Shown here: positions 19,301 to 28,416 of the stretch, piece after piece | Layout: each line of letters opens with the position of its first letter | How positions within the stretch are numbered: the first letter of the stretch is position 1 | Source of the DNA: an uncultured archaeon | GTDB lineage: Archaea; Asgardarchaeota; Heimdallarchaeia; Heimdallarchaeales; Heimdallarchaeaceae | Length of the DNA stretch: 28,588 bases | Direction: 5' to 3' | Assembly (NCBI GenBank): GCA_964534625.1 | Contig: CAZHRF010000041.1 | Location: 1-28,588 of the forward strand | Program-made: the position numbers and the translations under genes | Notes under the pieces: generated by a model | What the model saw: the letters and a program-made list of their open reading frames with translations, nothing else | Told to the model about the DNA's origin: nothing | Databases searched by the model: none

Positions 19301-20285
19301 GTATAAAGAAGATTTAGAAGAAGCGTTTACTAAACATATTAAAAATAATCCTATGACAGTGATAAACCAAGAACCTGGGTTGAAAATGATTTTAGAACAA
19401 AAATATCCTAACAAGCAGACTTTTACTTGGGAAGATGTGATAAAAGTTACTGAAGAAATAAGCGGTCAATCATCAACAAGTCATGGAAGGTTTGATTTCA
19501 ATTTGATAAATAACTATGACCGCCATGAAACCTTCAGTGGTACTTTTGACAATACAGTTGCACGAATAATCATTGCAGATTTTACTATGCGAATGTACGA
19601 ACTGTTTACAGATTATGGGAGATATCAACCAATAACAGAAGAAGCAGATAGGTTCAACGCAAAAAGAAATAAGGATTATTCTTGGGTTTTAACCGACAGT
19701 ACGAAATATAAAGATTATAAACAAGTGTTTGATGAAGTAAGACTTTGGAAACACAAACAAACTCAAGAAAAAATAGATAAGGGACAAAAGATCGACCAGC
19801 AAGATGTCTTACAAGCGAGTGATATTGATACATATATAAAGGAAATGGGGTATACGGACAAGAATATACAGTACGATATTTTAATAGGTATTCAAGATAT
19901 TTTAAACAATGAAAAAATGAGTTCGCTTAAAGGTCAAGGTGATGATAGATACGAGAGATCAGAGTCTGAAAAAGTTCAACGTGCTCTTTATCAATATGTA
20001 AAAGCACAAATAGCTATTGATGAAATAGGGTTAATAGGTAAGAAAGAGTTGGCTAAGTTTTTAAGTGCGTATATGGTAGGAAGAGCATGGCAAACAGTAA
20101 TGGAAATAGGGAAACAAGCCCATAGGGTAAGTTTTGGTTCGGATATAGGGAAACTTTTACGTGCCCAGTTAAAGCATATAATATCGACTGATAGTGAGGC
20201 TAAATATATTGATTCACTCACTGCACAACATTTCTGGCATGCATTTAATATAGAAAGTTATACAAATGCAAGGAGAAAAGATTAA
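16363..20285 (+). pseudogene. 5'-truncated, frameshifted giant hypothetical protein (ORFs 16402-16611 and 16662-20285 probably one gene)
   Basis: The first frame is open from 16363, directly at the IS-like junction. The second frame is open from about 16562 (GGGWKKIIKDIEDANPGLGNFFRDIQVKM). Adding one base in the G5/A5 runs at 16581-16594 joins them. No recognisable domain. Confidence 0.6.
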
Positions 20286-20310
20286 TTACTAGAAAATATC
20301 GCCAATAATC

Positions 20311-20337
20311 TCCTTTTTTTCTCTCTCCCTTTTTTGT
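20311..20337 (+). terminator. Oligo-T terminator-like tract
   Basis: T-runs just after the giant ORF stop codon. Confidence 0.4.
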
Positions 20338-20583
20338 TCACAGGGGAAAAAATAATTGCATTATCACACGTTTATATTAAAAATATAACAACCCGTATCC
20401 TAATTTATCCTATCGTCTACTATGTGACTATATGGTAGGTACAAAAGATAACATACCCCTAAAAAAAGTAAACAAGAAGGAGGAGAGAACTATTGCTCTA
20501 CTTTTAGGGTAGGGTGGGGAAGATAAAAATTTAGCAGTTGCTAGGTTTATATAGATATTCCTAATACGTATACGAGAGAAAAA

Positions 20584-21615
20584 ATGACCGATAAGAAAAT
20601 GTTGGAAGAATGGGAGAAAGAAAAGCGAGAATTCGAAAAAGAAAAATATATGTTACTGGCACTAGCATGGTATGAAATGATAGGGAGTAAGTTACCATCG
20701 TTTTATAGGTATCGAGACAATTATCCTGATTTGGATACGATAGTACAACTAACAAAGTGGTTGTCTGGAGAAGAGGAAGACAAAAATAAACATAAGAAAC
20801 GGAACCCAAAAAAGAAAAAGCAAGGAGAAGTATCGATGGAAGGTGTCTATTATTTTCCTGATTTAATAGAAGAAACAGATGAAGAAAAAAAACAAAGAAT
20901 AATCACGACAAAGTTTACAGATTGTTTTCACGGAATAGTTGTTGATCATAATAATCGGGTAGTAAAATTAACGATAGATATGCGGGAAATAGATCGATTG
21001 TATACACTCGAACCTTTACAACTAAAACAAACGCTTCACACTATGATAAAGATCATTTCTAACTTGACTCATCTGAAAGTATTAAATATCTCTTTTCTAA
21101 AATTAGCAGAACTCCCACCAGACATAGGGCGCTTAACTAGACTCGAAAAATTAAACTTAAGGTATAGTCGTCTTAATTGTTTACCTGCCACGTTTGCCAA
21201 TTTACAGGAACTTAAGGATTTAAATTTACATCACAATTGTTTTTCAACCTTTCCTATGGTCATTCTACAGTTACAGAACTTGGAACACCTTGCTTTCTCG
21301 AATGATGAATTGAGTAAAACCTATCCTGGTAATACTATTGACCATTTACCTGATATGAGCCAATTAACAACGTTAAAGAGTTTATATGCCTACAATATTG
21401 ATTTGCGTTCTTTTCACCCTTCGTTATACTTTCTTCCTAATTTAGAGAAACTAGTGGTGCATGGTAATAGTTCACTCGTTATTCCCGATATTCCTGCTAA
21501 TTCTCCCCAGTCTTTTTCTCTTAAACACCTGGTGATAAAATATGTACGGAACACACAGAATTTGCATAAATTAAAGCAATTGGGATGTAAAATTGAATAC
21601 TCTAGATTTTCGTAA
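20584..21615 (+). CDS. Leucine-rich repeat protein with charged N-terminal extension
   Basis: LxxLxxLxLxxxxLxxLP repeats (LTHLKVLNISFLKLAELPPDIGRLTRLEKLNLRYSRLNCLP...) preceded by a cap GIVVDHNNRVVKLTI. Confidence 0.88.
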   Translation: MTDKKMLEEWEKEKREFEKEKYMLLALAWYEMIGSKLPSFYRYRDNYPDLDTIVQLTKWLSGEEEDKNKHKKRNPKKKKQGEVSMEGVYYFPDLIEETDEEKKQRIITTKFTDCFHGIVVDHNNRVVKLTIDMREIDRLYTLEPLQLKQTLHTMIKIISNLTHLKVLNISFLKLAELPPDIGRLTRLEKLNLRYSRLNCLPATFANLQELKDLNLHHNCFSTFPMVILQLQNLEHLAFSNDELSKTYPGNTIDHLPDMSQLTTLKSLYAYNIDLRSFHPSLYFLPNLEKLVVHGNSSLVIPDIPANSPQSFSLKHLVIKYVRNTQNLHKLKQLGCKIEYSRFS

Positions 21616-21722
21616 CTGTTTCTCTTTCTTTTTTGACTCACTTTTCTCGTCATTTTCACTGTGTTTATAAAGGAATACGTTCACATCAATAAATTCTAAA
21701 ATAGGACAAGAATTTAATTACA

Positions 21723-22874
21723 ATGGGTAGTGCAGATATAGATTCTGTTATTAAAGAACTTGAAACAATACTTGCTGATGATTGTTCTTACTATAGTGGA
21801 AAAGTCTTTGGTTCAATGAGTTCATACCCTGTTCCAGAAGCTAAGAAAATTTATGCGCAGTTTATTGAGAAAAACGCTGGAGATCGTAATATTTTCAGTG
21901 CTACAGGAAGAATAGAGCAAGAAATTATCAAAACATTAGCCAAACTGTTTAATGGTGATCCTACAAAAGTTGATGGTAATATCATTTCAGGGGGGTCTGA
22001 AGGGAATGTAATAGCTCTTTGGGCAGCACGTAATTATATGCGAAAATTAAAAAAAGTATCTTCTCGTTTGAATATTATTATACCGGAAACAGCCCATACA
22101 AGTATAAAGAAAGCAGCAGATCTATTAGATATTGAGCAAAGAATAATCCCGACTAACGAATATTATCAGATAGACATAGAAAAAATAGAAGAGGAAATTG
22201 ATGTTAATACTTTTGCAATAGTAGGTGTAGCGGGTAATACCGTTTATGGTGCTATCGATGACATAAATTCTCTTTCTCAGATCGCACAAGATCATACTCT
22301 CTGGTTACATGTTGATGCAGCATTTGGAGGATTTATTTTACCTTTTCTTGAACAACCATATCAGTTTGATTTTAGCTGTAAAGGAGTACATTCTCTAGTT
22401 GCTGATCCCCATAAGATGCTTGGTGCACCTATCCCTTGTGGTAGTGTACTGTTCAAGGAAAATAATCTTTCAGCTGAGATTGTTCATCATTTACCTTACT
22501 TTAGTGGAAATCAAACAGAAAATAGAACAATTGTTGGAACAAAACCCGGGGCTTCAATAATAGCCTTATACTACATCCTTGAGTATAAAGGAAAAGATTG
22601 GATAAAAGATAGAGTAAAAAAAACCTTAGAAAATGCTAATTATCTAAGAAATAGTTTGCGGAAAAGAAATTTTCAAATAAAAGGAAAATCCGAGCTCAAT
22701 GTAATTGCGACCAAACCACCTGTTGAATATATAAATAAATGGAATGCACTACATAGTGAAAAATGGCGGATAGGAAAATTTCATGATGTTTGGCGTTTTG
22801 TTGTTATGCCAACAATAAGCAAAAAAGATATAGATAAATTGTTAAAGGAATTAGATGAAAATAAAGAAGGATAG
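21723..22874 (+). CDS. mfnA: PLP-dependent L-tyrosine/L-aspartate decarboxylase (group II)
   Basis: GKVFGSMSS, SGGSEGN, AHTS, GNTVYGAIDDI, LHVDAAFGGF, DPHK (PLP lysine), GTKPG. Confidence 0.9.
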   Translation: MGSADIDSVIKELETILADDCSYYSGKVFGSMSSYPVPEAKKIYAQFIEKNAGDRNIFSATGRIEQEIIKTLAKLFNGDPTKVDGNIISGGSEGNVIALWAARNYMRKLKKVSSRLNIIIPETAHTSIKKAADLLDIEQRIIPTNEYYQIDIEKIEEEIDVNTFAIVGVAGNTVYGAIDDINSLSQIAQDHTLWLHVDAAFGGFILPFLEQPYQFDFSCKGVHSLVADPHKMLGAPIPCGSVLFKENNLSAEIVHHLPYFSGNQTENRTIVGTKPGASIIALYYILEYKGKDWIKDRVKKTLENANYLRNSLRKRNFQIKGKSELNVIATKPPVEYINKWNALHSEKWRIGKFHDVWRFVVMPTISKKDIDKLLKELDENKEG

Positions 22875-22878
22875 ATAT

Positions 22879-22945
22879 ATGAACTACTCCACCCAAGTGA
22901 GTGGGCGTTCTGGCTAGGATAGGTAAAGAAAATCAAGCATTAGTG
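22879..22945 (-). mobile_element. Short IS605-type right-end remnant, family B copy 2
   Basis: Minus strand CCTAGCCAGAACGCCCACTCACTTGGGTGGAGTAGTTCAT: hairpin CCACTC/GGGTGG followed by TAGTTCA. Homologous to 10094-10134. Confidence 0.65.
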
Positions 22946-23008
22946 TTTATCTTGGATCCATTTGTGTCAGCAAGGAGCTATATCAACAAATGGTACAGCC
23001 AAAGTGCA

Positions 23009-23163
23009 TTTATAGGGAACCAAATGTTGGTAAATCAAATATTTTGGAGAGTTTATCTCTTATTTCATCAATATTTTATCATCATAATAATGATAAAAGC
23101 TTAATTATATCTAATGATTTTGTTAGAAACTGAGAGATCTTCTATCAGAGTATTATCCAATGA
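23009..23163 (+). pseudogene. Decayed N-terminal fragment of an AAA_15/AAA_21-type (OLD/AbiEii-like) ATPase
   Basis: Restoring one G at 23015-23017 gives FIGEPNVGKSNILESLSLIS...DFVRN*EIFYQ, a Walker A in the characteristic GxPNxGKSNILExL context. There is an in-frame stop at 23131. Confidence 0.65.
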
Positions 23164-23418
23164 AATAATTTGTGGTATAAAACAAACTGAAAAGCATTGA
23201 AAAAAATTCTGTATTCGTTCACTTTTTGTGTAATATCTTGGTTAATTACCAGATTCAATGGTAGTTTTTTTTATCTTTGGCATTTTCTAGAAAAATGCAA
23301 AAACATCCGCCACCACTAGATTTGGATAGAGTGTTCTAATTTTTGGCTTTTTGGCTTTGTATTTTCACATAGATTTAAAAAAACTGTTGAGAAACTTCTA
23401 GATGCAATAGTGATATCT

Positions 23419-24342
23419 ATGGCAAAAAGACAAACTAGACCCGCTGATGCAAAATCAGGTATTAAAGGAAAAATAAAAGGTAAAAATATAAAAGGCGACG
23501 CTGTCACATTTGAGGGAGAAAAAAAAGATGCTAATATTCTAGGAGGTTTTAGTGAAAAATTTAGCAAAGCAGCTGATATGGTTAGATTGGTGAATAATGA
23601 TTTGATTAAGGTCGATCTGGAACCAGCCAAAAAAATGGATAATCTATCTACTTTGTCGTTAGCAAAGAATAATTTCGAAGAAATAGATTTAACCCCTTTG
23701 CTACATGCAATAAATTTAGAAGTTTTTAGTATAAGCGAAAATAGTCTGAAAGAGATTGATTTATCACCCCTGGCTTCGACAGTTAAGCTCAGGGAACTAT
23801 ACCTTGATCACAATGAATTAACAGAAATAGATTTAACTCCATTAAAGAATTGCAAAAGGTTAGAAAGATTATATATTGATAGTAATAAACTTGAAGCCAT
23901 AAAGTTGGATCCTATAATGGACTGCAAAAAAATAGAACGAATAAGATTGGATCTTAACAATCTTGAGTCATTTGATATAGACAAGCTTAAACCATTGACT
24001 AACTTGAAATCGCTAAATCTTAGGGCTAACAAAATCTCAGAAATAGATTTAGAAGGACTAAAAAATCATAAAGACTTACTATATCTCAGTTTAGGGGACA
24101 ATCCTATAACTGAAATAGATTTAACGGCTTTACACAATTGTAAAAAAATGGAGTTCTTGCATCTTCTAGGAACAGAACTAGAAGAAGTTGATATTAGTCC
24201 ATTGAAGGATATGCAAGAGATGACCGAGTTGTATATAAACTCGACAACAAAAATTTTGTGGGATGATGAAGAACCTGATTATGACACCTTGCCTAAAGCT
24301 CTTCAAGAATATGAAGACAGAATAAAAGAAAATTTCGAATAA
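23419..24342 (+). CDS. Leucine-rich repeat protein (22-aa IDLxPL repeats)
   Basis: About 9-10 repeats of LxxLxLxxNxLxEIDLxPL. Basic N-terminus and acidic C-terminus. Start is ATG 23419 or GTG 23410. Confidence 0.92.
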   Translation: MAKRQTRPADAKSGIKGKIKGKNIKGDAVTFEGEKKDANILGGFSEKFSKAADMVRLVNNDLIKVDLEPAKKMDNLSTLSLAKNNFEEIDLTPLLHAINLEVFSISENSLKEIDLSPLASTVKLRELYLDHNELTEIDLTPLKNCKRLERLYIDSNKLEAIKLDPIMDCKKIERIRLDLNNLESFDIDKLKPLTNLKSLNLRANKISEIDLEGLKNHKDLLYLSLGDNPITEIDLTALHNCKKMEFLHLLGTELEEVDISPLKDMQEMTELYINSTTKILWDDEEPDYDTLPKALQEYEDRIKENFE

Positions 24343-24443
24343 CTCTATCGATATTTTTCTTAATATTTTTCTAATAGAGAAAAAGAGTGCCATCTCTTTT
24401 TAATTTAGCTTTTTAATGGATAGAGCCCTTAATATTTCCCTTA

Positions 24444-24473
24444 GGAAGTACTAGTTTAAAGGAGTACGTTCAC
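24444..24473 (+). repeat. Short hairpin ending in GTTCAC, with a partial copy at 21669-21684 (IS605 right-end-like, family C)
   Basis: GTACT-AGTTTAAAGG-AGTAC-GTTCAC. AAAGGAGTACGTTCAC matches AAAGGAATACGTTCAC at 15/16 nt. Both copies are intergenic. Confidence 0.4.
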
Positions 24474-24535
24474 CTAAATAATTCAAGCTGTTAAAAGGTA
24501 AAAAGAATTAAAAAATAATACATATTAACGTTATT

Positions 24536-25966
24536 TCAGGCTTTATAACCATATTCTTTCAGTATTTTTTCTTCTCGTTTTTTGTGTTTAATAGCCATCT
24601 CATTTTTAGTTTTTGTCCATGCTTTACCTGCAAGAGGGTAAAAGAACATGGTAATAAAACATATAAGGAGGAGTATAGTTGGTATCAAAACCCACCCAAT
24701 GATGATCCCCGTTTCAGTATGCTCGGTTTGCTGTCCAAATGGTAAATTGTCGTCATAATCATATGCTGCAATTATCCATAGAAAAACAGCTTGAGCTACA
24801 CTTATGGCTGGTTTTGTAATGAAGGCATTTATACCTGCATACATTCCCTCACGTCTTTTTCCTGTTTTCACCTCATCGAAGTCCATAACATCTCCAAACA
24901 TCAATTGAAGGGTATAATAGCCGCCTGCAACACCAAATCCCATGAAAAGAAAACCAATTGTTGTTACAATGGTTGTTTTACCCCCAATGAGAACAAAAAA
25001 ACAACCTAGACTAAAACTACCCATTATGGCTTGCATGGAGTTTTTCACTCCCCATTGATCTGTATTTTTGATTAACAACACAAGACCTATAATTATACCT
25101 AAAGCCAAAGCAAGATATGGATATAAAATATTCACTTTGTCTTCTAATTCAGCAGGATAATATTGCATACCTTGCATTAAATTAGTTTGTACATAAACGA
25201 TCGTAAAAGAGATTATTTCAAAAATTATAAACGACTTGTTTGTTAAAGTAAATTTGAACGAGTCAATTAATGAAGGTTGTTCTTCTTTTTGGGCAGAATA
25301 TCTCTCTTTGTAAAAGAAGGTACTTGTATAGGCAATTATAGCTACAAAGATACCTAATGCTATATGAAAAATCTGATAAAAAAGAGTGCTCTCGCCTATG
25401 TCTGGGTTGATCTGGGGCATCAATACCAGAGGAACGGTTATTCCTATTACACTAAAGATTATTTTCCAGACAAGAATTGTTCCTCTTGCTTTATTAGATA
25501 TAGCCATCTCGAAAGGCATAACATATAGCGCAGAAGCAACTGCAGTGTAGAAAGTGTCATAGAAGAATAGAAAGATTAACAATTGTGCAAAAAGCATACC
25601 TTGAGAATGCTGTCCTGACCAATCTATCCAACACAATATGTATGAAATGGATAATAAGGGCGCTCCATATCGTATGTAGGGAATTCTTCGACCAAGTTTT
25701 GATTTTGTTTTATCAGAAATGTAACCATATAAAGGATCATTAATGGCGTTCCAGACGCCAAATAAGATCCAAACAATAGCAGCTAATTCTTTTTCAAGTC
25801 CTCTTATTTTGGTAAAATAATAGGTTAAGACTCCTCCTCCTACAATCCCTTGTAGAAGATTTACAAATCCATCTGCGGCTGAAACCCAAATTCTGCTCTT
25901 ATAAGGAACATATTCTTCCCTGAGCCCAGTATTTACATTAGATTGGTCTAGTGTTTTGTTATCCAT
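24536..25966 (-). CDS. MFS glycoside-pentoside-hexuronide (MelB/GPH) symporter
   Basis: WNAINDPLYGYISDKTKSKLGRRIPY, DVMDFDEVKTGKRREGMY, about 12 TM helices. Confidence 0.92.
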   Translation of the reverse strand: MDNKTLDQSNVNTGLREEYVPYKSRIWVSAADGFVNLLQGIVGGGVLTYYFTKIRGLEKELAAIVWILFGVWNAINDPLYGYISDKTKSKLGRRIPYIRYGAPLLSISYILCWIDWSGQHSQGMLFAQLLIFLFFYDTFYTAVASALYVMPFEMAISNKARGTILVWKIIFSVIGITVPLVLMPQINPDIGESTLFYQIFHIALGIFVAIIAYTSTFFYKERYSAQKEEQPSLIDSFKFTLTNKSFIIFEIISFTIVYVQTNLMQGMQYYPAELEDKVNILYPYLALALGIIIGLVLLIKNTDQWGVKNSMQAIMGSFSLGCFFVLIGGKTTIVTTIGFLFMGFGVAGGYYTLQLMFGDVMDFDEVKTGKRREGMYAGINAFITKPAISVAQAVFLWIIAAYDYDDNLPFGQQTEHTETGIIIGWVLIPTILLLICFITMFFYPLAGKAWTKTKNEMAIKHKKREEKILKEYGYKA

Positions 25967-26290
25967 GAATCTCACTTACATTAGTATGTACCAGAGAATA
26001 AGTTTTGGATTTTTAAATAATTTGGACAATTTTAACAAGTGTTTAATTAAAAATATTTCAAGAAACGCTTTTTAATAACTAAGATGGTCAGAACCTCCAG
26101 CAAATATTTAAAGAATATTTATGATGTTAATAGGAAGTATCTCTCGAAAAACCTTTTCCAATTAATCTTTCTTGTAGAATAATATGAATAAGATTCTAAT
26201 ATGTCATTCTTTGTTCTTGGACCATTTTATTAATTGATGCCCTTTTGCACTTTCGGAAGTTTAAAATAACTTTAGTTATATGGATATGTT

Positions 26291-28279
26291 ATGGGGCAAT
26301 CTATCGCTAGTCCAAAGATGTTTACTACATTTAAAAATATCCCACATAAGTTGAAGCAAGAATTATTAGAAGAGAAGGTTCTCACCGCTACTGAACAAGA
26401 ATTATATCATCCGGCATATATTTTTTCAAAAAATGTTTTAAGATTATTTCCTGTGCTCCCAGAGACAAAAAAAAGGAAAATTCTCCCGCTATTTTTAGAA
26501 GTATGCTTAGCAAATAATTGGAATTCAGAATGTAAAAAGCATGTAAAACGAGATATGATTGACGAAAAACTATTACCTCTTTATACAGTTGTATGTTATA
26601 AGAATGATAAAGAAGCATTAGAATCAATTATTAAAGAATCAGAAGAGATCAAAGTCTATTATTATAGAAAAAGAGCCAAATTAACCGCTGAAATTTTATT
26701 ATTAACTCTTTTAAAACAGTTAGGAGATCTAAACGAGAAATATAATGAGTATGAAAGTCTCGTAGTGCAATCATTGGAAATTGATGATTATACTCGCGAC
26801 ATCGTGCATATACTTAACACACGTGTTCATTGTCTTGCACATACGGGTCAAATGACCAGTTATGAGCAGGAACTGGAGAGGATTAGAAAAATAGCAGAAG
26901 AAAAAGAGGATCCCTATTTGTTTAACTCCTATAATAATGCTCTAGGATTAAAAAACATACGTTCTGGGAATTACAAAGAAGCGAAAGAGCATTTTCAAAA
27001 AGGATTACAGATATCCGAGAGTGTCAATTACAAACTTGGTGTTTTCTCCATGTATCACAATTTGGCAATAGTAGAATATTCTTTAGGTAATTACAAAGCT
27101 TCTAAAGAAGCCCTAGCACAAACATTGACCTTGACTGATAATCCAACGTATAAATATCAGATATTTTCCAATTTGGGCGAAATGTGCCTTTTTAATGGTG
27201 ATTATACTGAGTCTGAAGAATACTTTTTGGATGCTTTAAAAATAAGCGAGGAAACAGGTGTAACTTTTAATGATACAATCAGCCTTGTTGCGTTATTGTA
27301 TGTTTTTAAGAAAGACGAAGAAAAAGCTCAAAAATATTTAGAAATGAGCAGAGAAATGTTACAAAAATCTTCAATGAAACAATCATCAGCTATTTTTCAT
27401 TATGTTGAAGGGTTGTTTCAACAACAAATAGCTGAAGACTTACCTGCTGCCAAAAAATCATTTGAAAAATGCTTAAAGACCGCTTTCGATGGTAATTTAT
27501 TTGAGTATATCATTAAATCTGAGATCCAGTTAACCAATCTTGCGCTTGAACAATTGTCAAAGAATCAAGAGATAGGAAGATATGCAGAGATATTGTATCA
27601 TCTCGAAAACTTACAACGATTATCTAAAGAACAAGATTTACCAACAATTGAAATAGAGGTTTTGTTACTCCTATTTGTAACTCATTCTCTCTTTAATCGT
27701 CACGAAACCGCCTTAAAGAGTCTGAAAGAAGCTAAAAGAATAGCACTAGAAGAGAACCTTGATCATTATTCAAAAATCCTTGAACAAGTTGAAGATGAAG
27801 AAAGTATTATAGAAACTTCTCTAGCACGAATCAATAGAATAAAAGTTATTAAGCAACCTAAACCGGTTAAAACAAAGATTTATGCTATCATCCTTTTTGA
27901 TATCACAACAGGTATTGTTCATTATGATCGCATGGTTGATGATGAGATTAGTTTTGCTATTATCATTTCAGGACTAGTTAGTGCCATTAATATCCAAGAA
28001 AAAGCGATCTTAGGCGGGGAAACATTTGTAGATTCAGTTACAATTGAAGAAAAGAAAGTACTAATGGAGCATATTGGCCAATATACCTTAGCTGTAATTG
28101 CAGAAAATGAAAGCTATAAGCTACGCACACGATTACACAATTTGGCTAATGAGATAAAAGAGAAAGTCAATCTTGAAAATTATAAAGAATATTACATGAA
28201 GAAACAAGAAATGAGAAATCAGCTAGATCAAATAGTATTGGAGCATTTTGAAGAGTTAAAAGAAGAAGAAATGTTCTAA
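26291..28279 (+). CDS. TPR-repeat protein with C-terminal longin-like domain
   Basis: TPRs (YNNALGLKNIRSGNYKEAKEHFQKGL, YHNLAIVEYSLGNYKAS, FSNLGEMCLFNGDYTESEEYFLDAL). C-terminus IYAIILFDITTGIVHY...IISGLVSAI...VLMEHIGQYTLAVIA...LRTRLHNLANEIKEK fits a longin beta-beta-alpha-beta-beta-beta-alpha pattern. Confidence 0.8.
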   Translation: MGQSIASPKMFTTFKNIPHKLKQELLEEKVLTATEQELYHPAYIFSKNVLRLFPVLPETKKRKILPLFLEVCLANNWNSECKKHVKRDMIDEKLLPLYTVVCYKNDKEALESIIKESEEIKVYYYRKRAKLTAEILLLTLLKQLGDLNEKYNEYESLVVQSLEIDDYTRDIVHILNTRVHCLAHTGQMTSYEQELERIRKIAEEKEDPYLFNSYNNALGLKNIRSGNYKEAKEHFQKGLQISESVNYKLGVFSMYHNLAIVEYSLGNYKASKEALAQTLTLTDNPTYKYQIFSNLGEMCLFNGDYTESEEYFLDALKISEETGVTFNDTISLVALLYVFKKDEEKAQKYLEMSREMLQKSSMKQSSAIFHYVEGLFQQQIAEDLPAAKKSFEKCLKTAFDGNLFEYIIKSEIQLTNLALEQLSKNQEIGRYAEILYHLENLQRLSKEQDLPTIEIEVLLLLFVTHSLFNRHETALKSLKEAKRIALEENLDHYSKILEQVEDEESIIETSLARINRIKVIKQPKPVKTKIYAIILFDITTGIVHYDRMVDDEISFAIIISGLVSAINIQEKAILGGETFVDSVTIEEKKVLMEHIGQYTLAVIAENESYKLRTRLHNLANEIKEKVNLENYKEYYMKKQEMRNQLDQIVLEHFEELKEEEMF

Positions 28280-28416
28280 AATCATGTTTTATTTGTCTTT
28301 TCTTATTTCGTTTTTTTATAATACAAAAACATTATCAAACATGAAAAACATAAGAAAATCTTTTAAAGATGTTAGAAAGTGCAAAACGTAGAAATTCAAG
28401 TAATGAGAGAAAATAG

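Noticed and set aside
16662-20285. Giant ORF as a phage-type RNA polymerase (NFDGE, RAPYL) or metalloprotease
   Set aside because: No DxDGD/DFDxD catalytic triad and no HExxH motif was found. The resemblances are too short.
20782-20823. NLS-like basic stretch KNKHKKRNPKKKKQ
   Set aside because: Lys-rich low-complexity sequence is expected in an A-rich genome, and nothing else supports a function.
22901-23104. 67-aa ORF
   Set aside because: It begins inside an IS-end hairpin and overlies the frameshifted ATPase relic.
23131-23133. In-frame TGA as selenocysteine or recoding
   Set aside because: The fragment also has a frameshift and further stops, and all intact genes read normally with standard stop codons.
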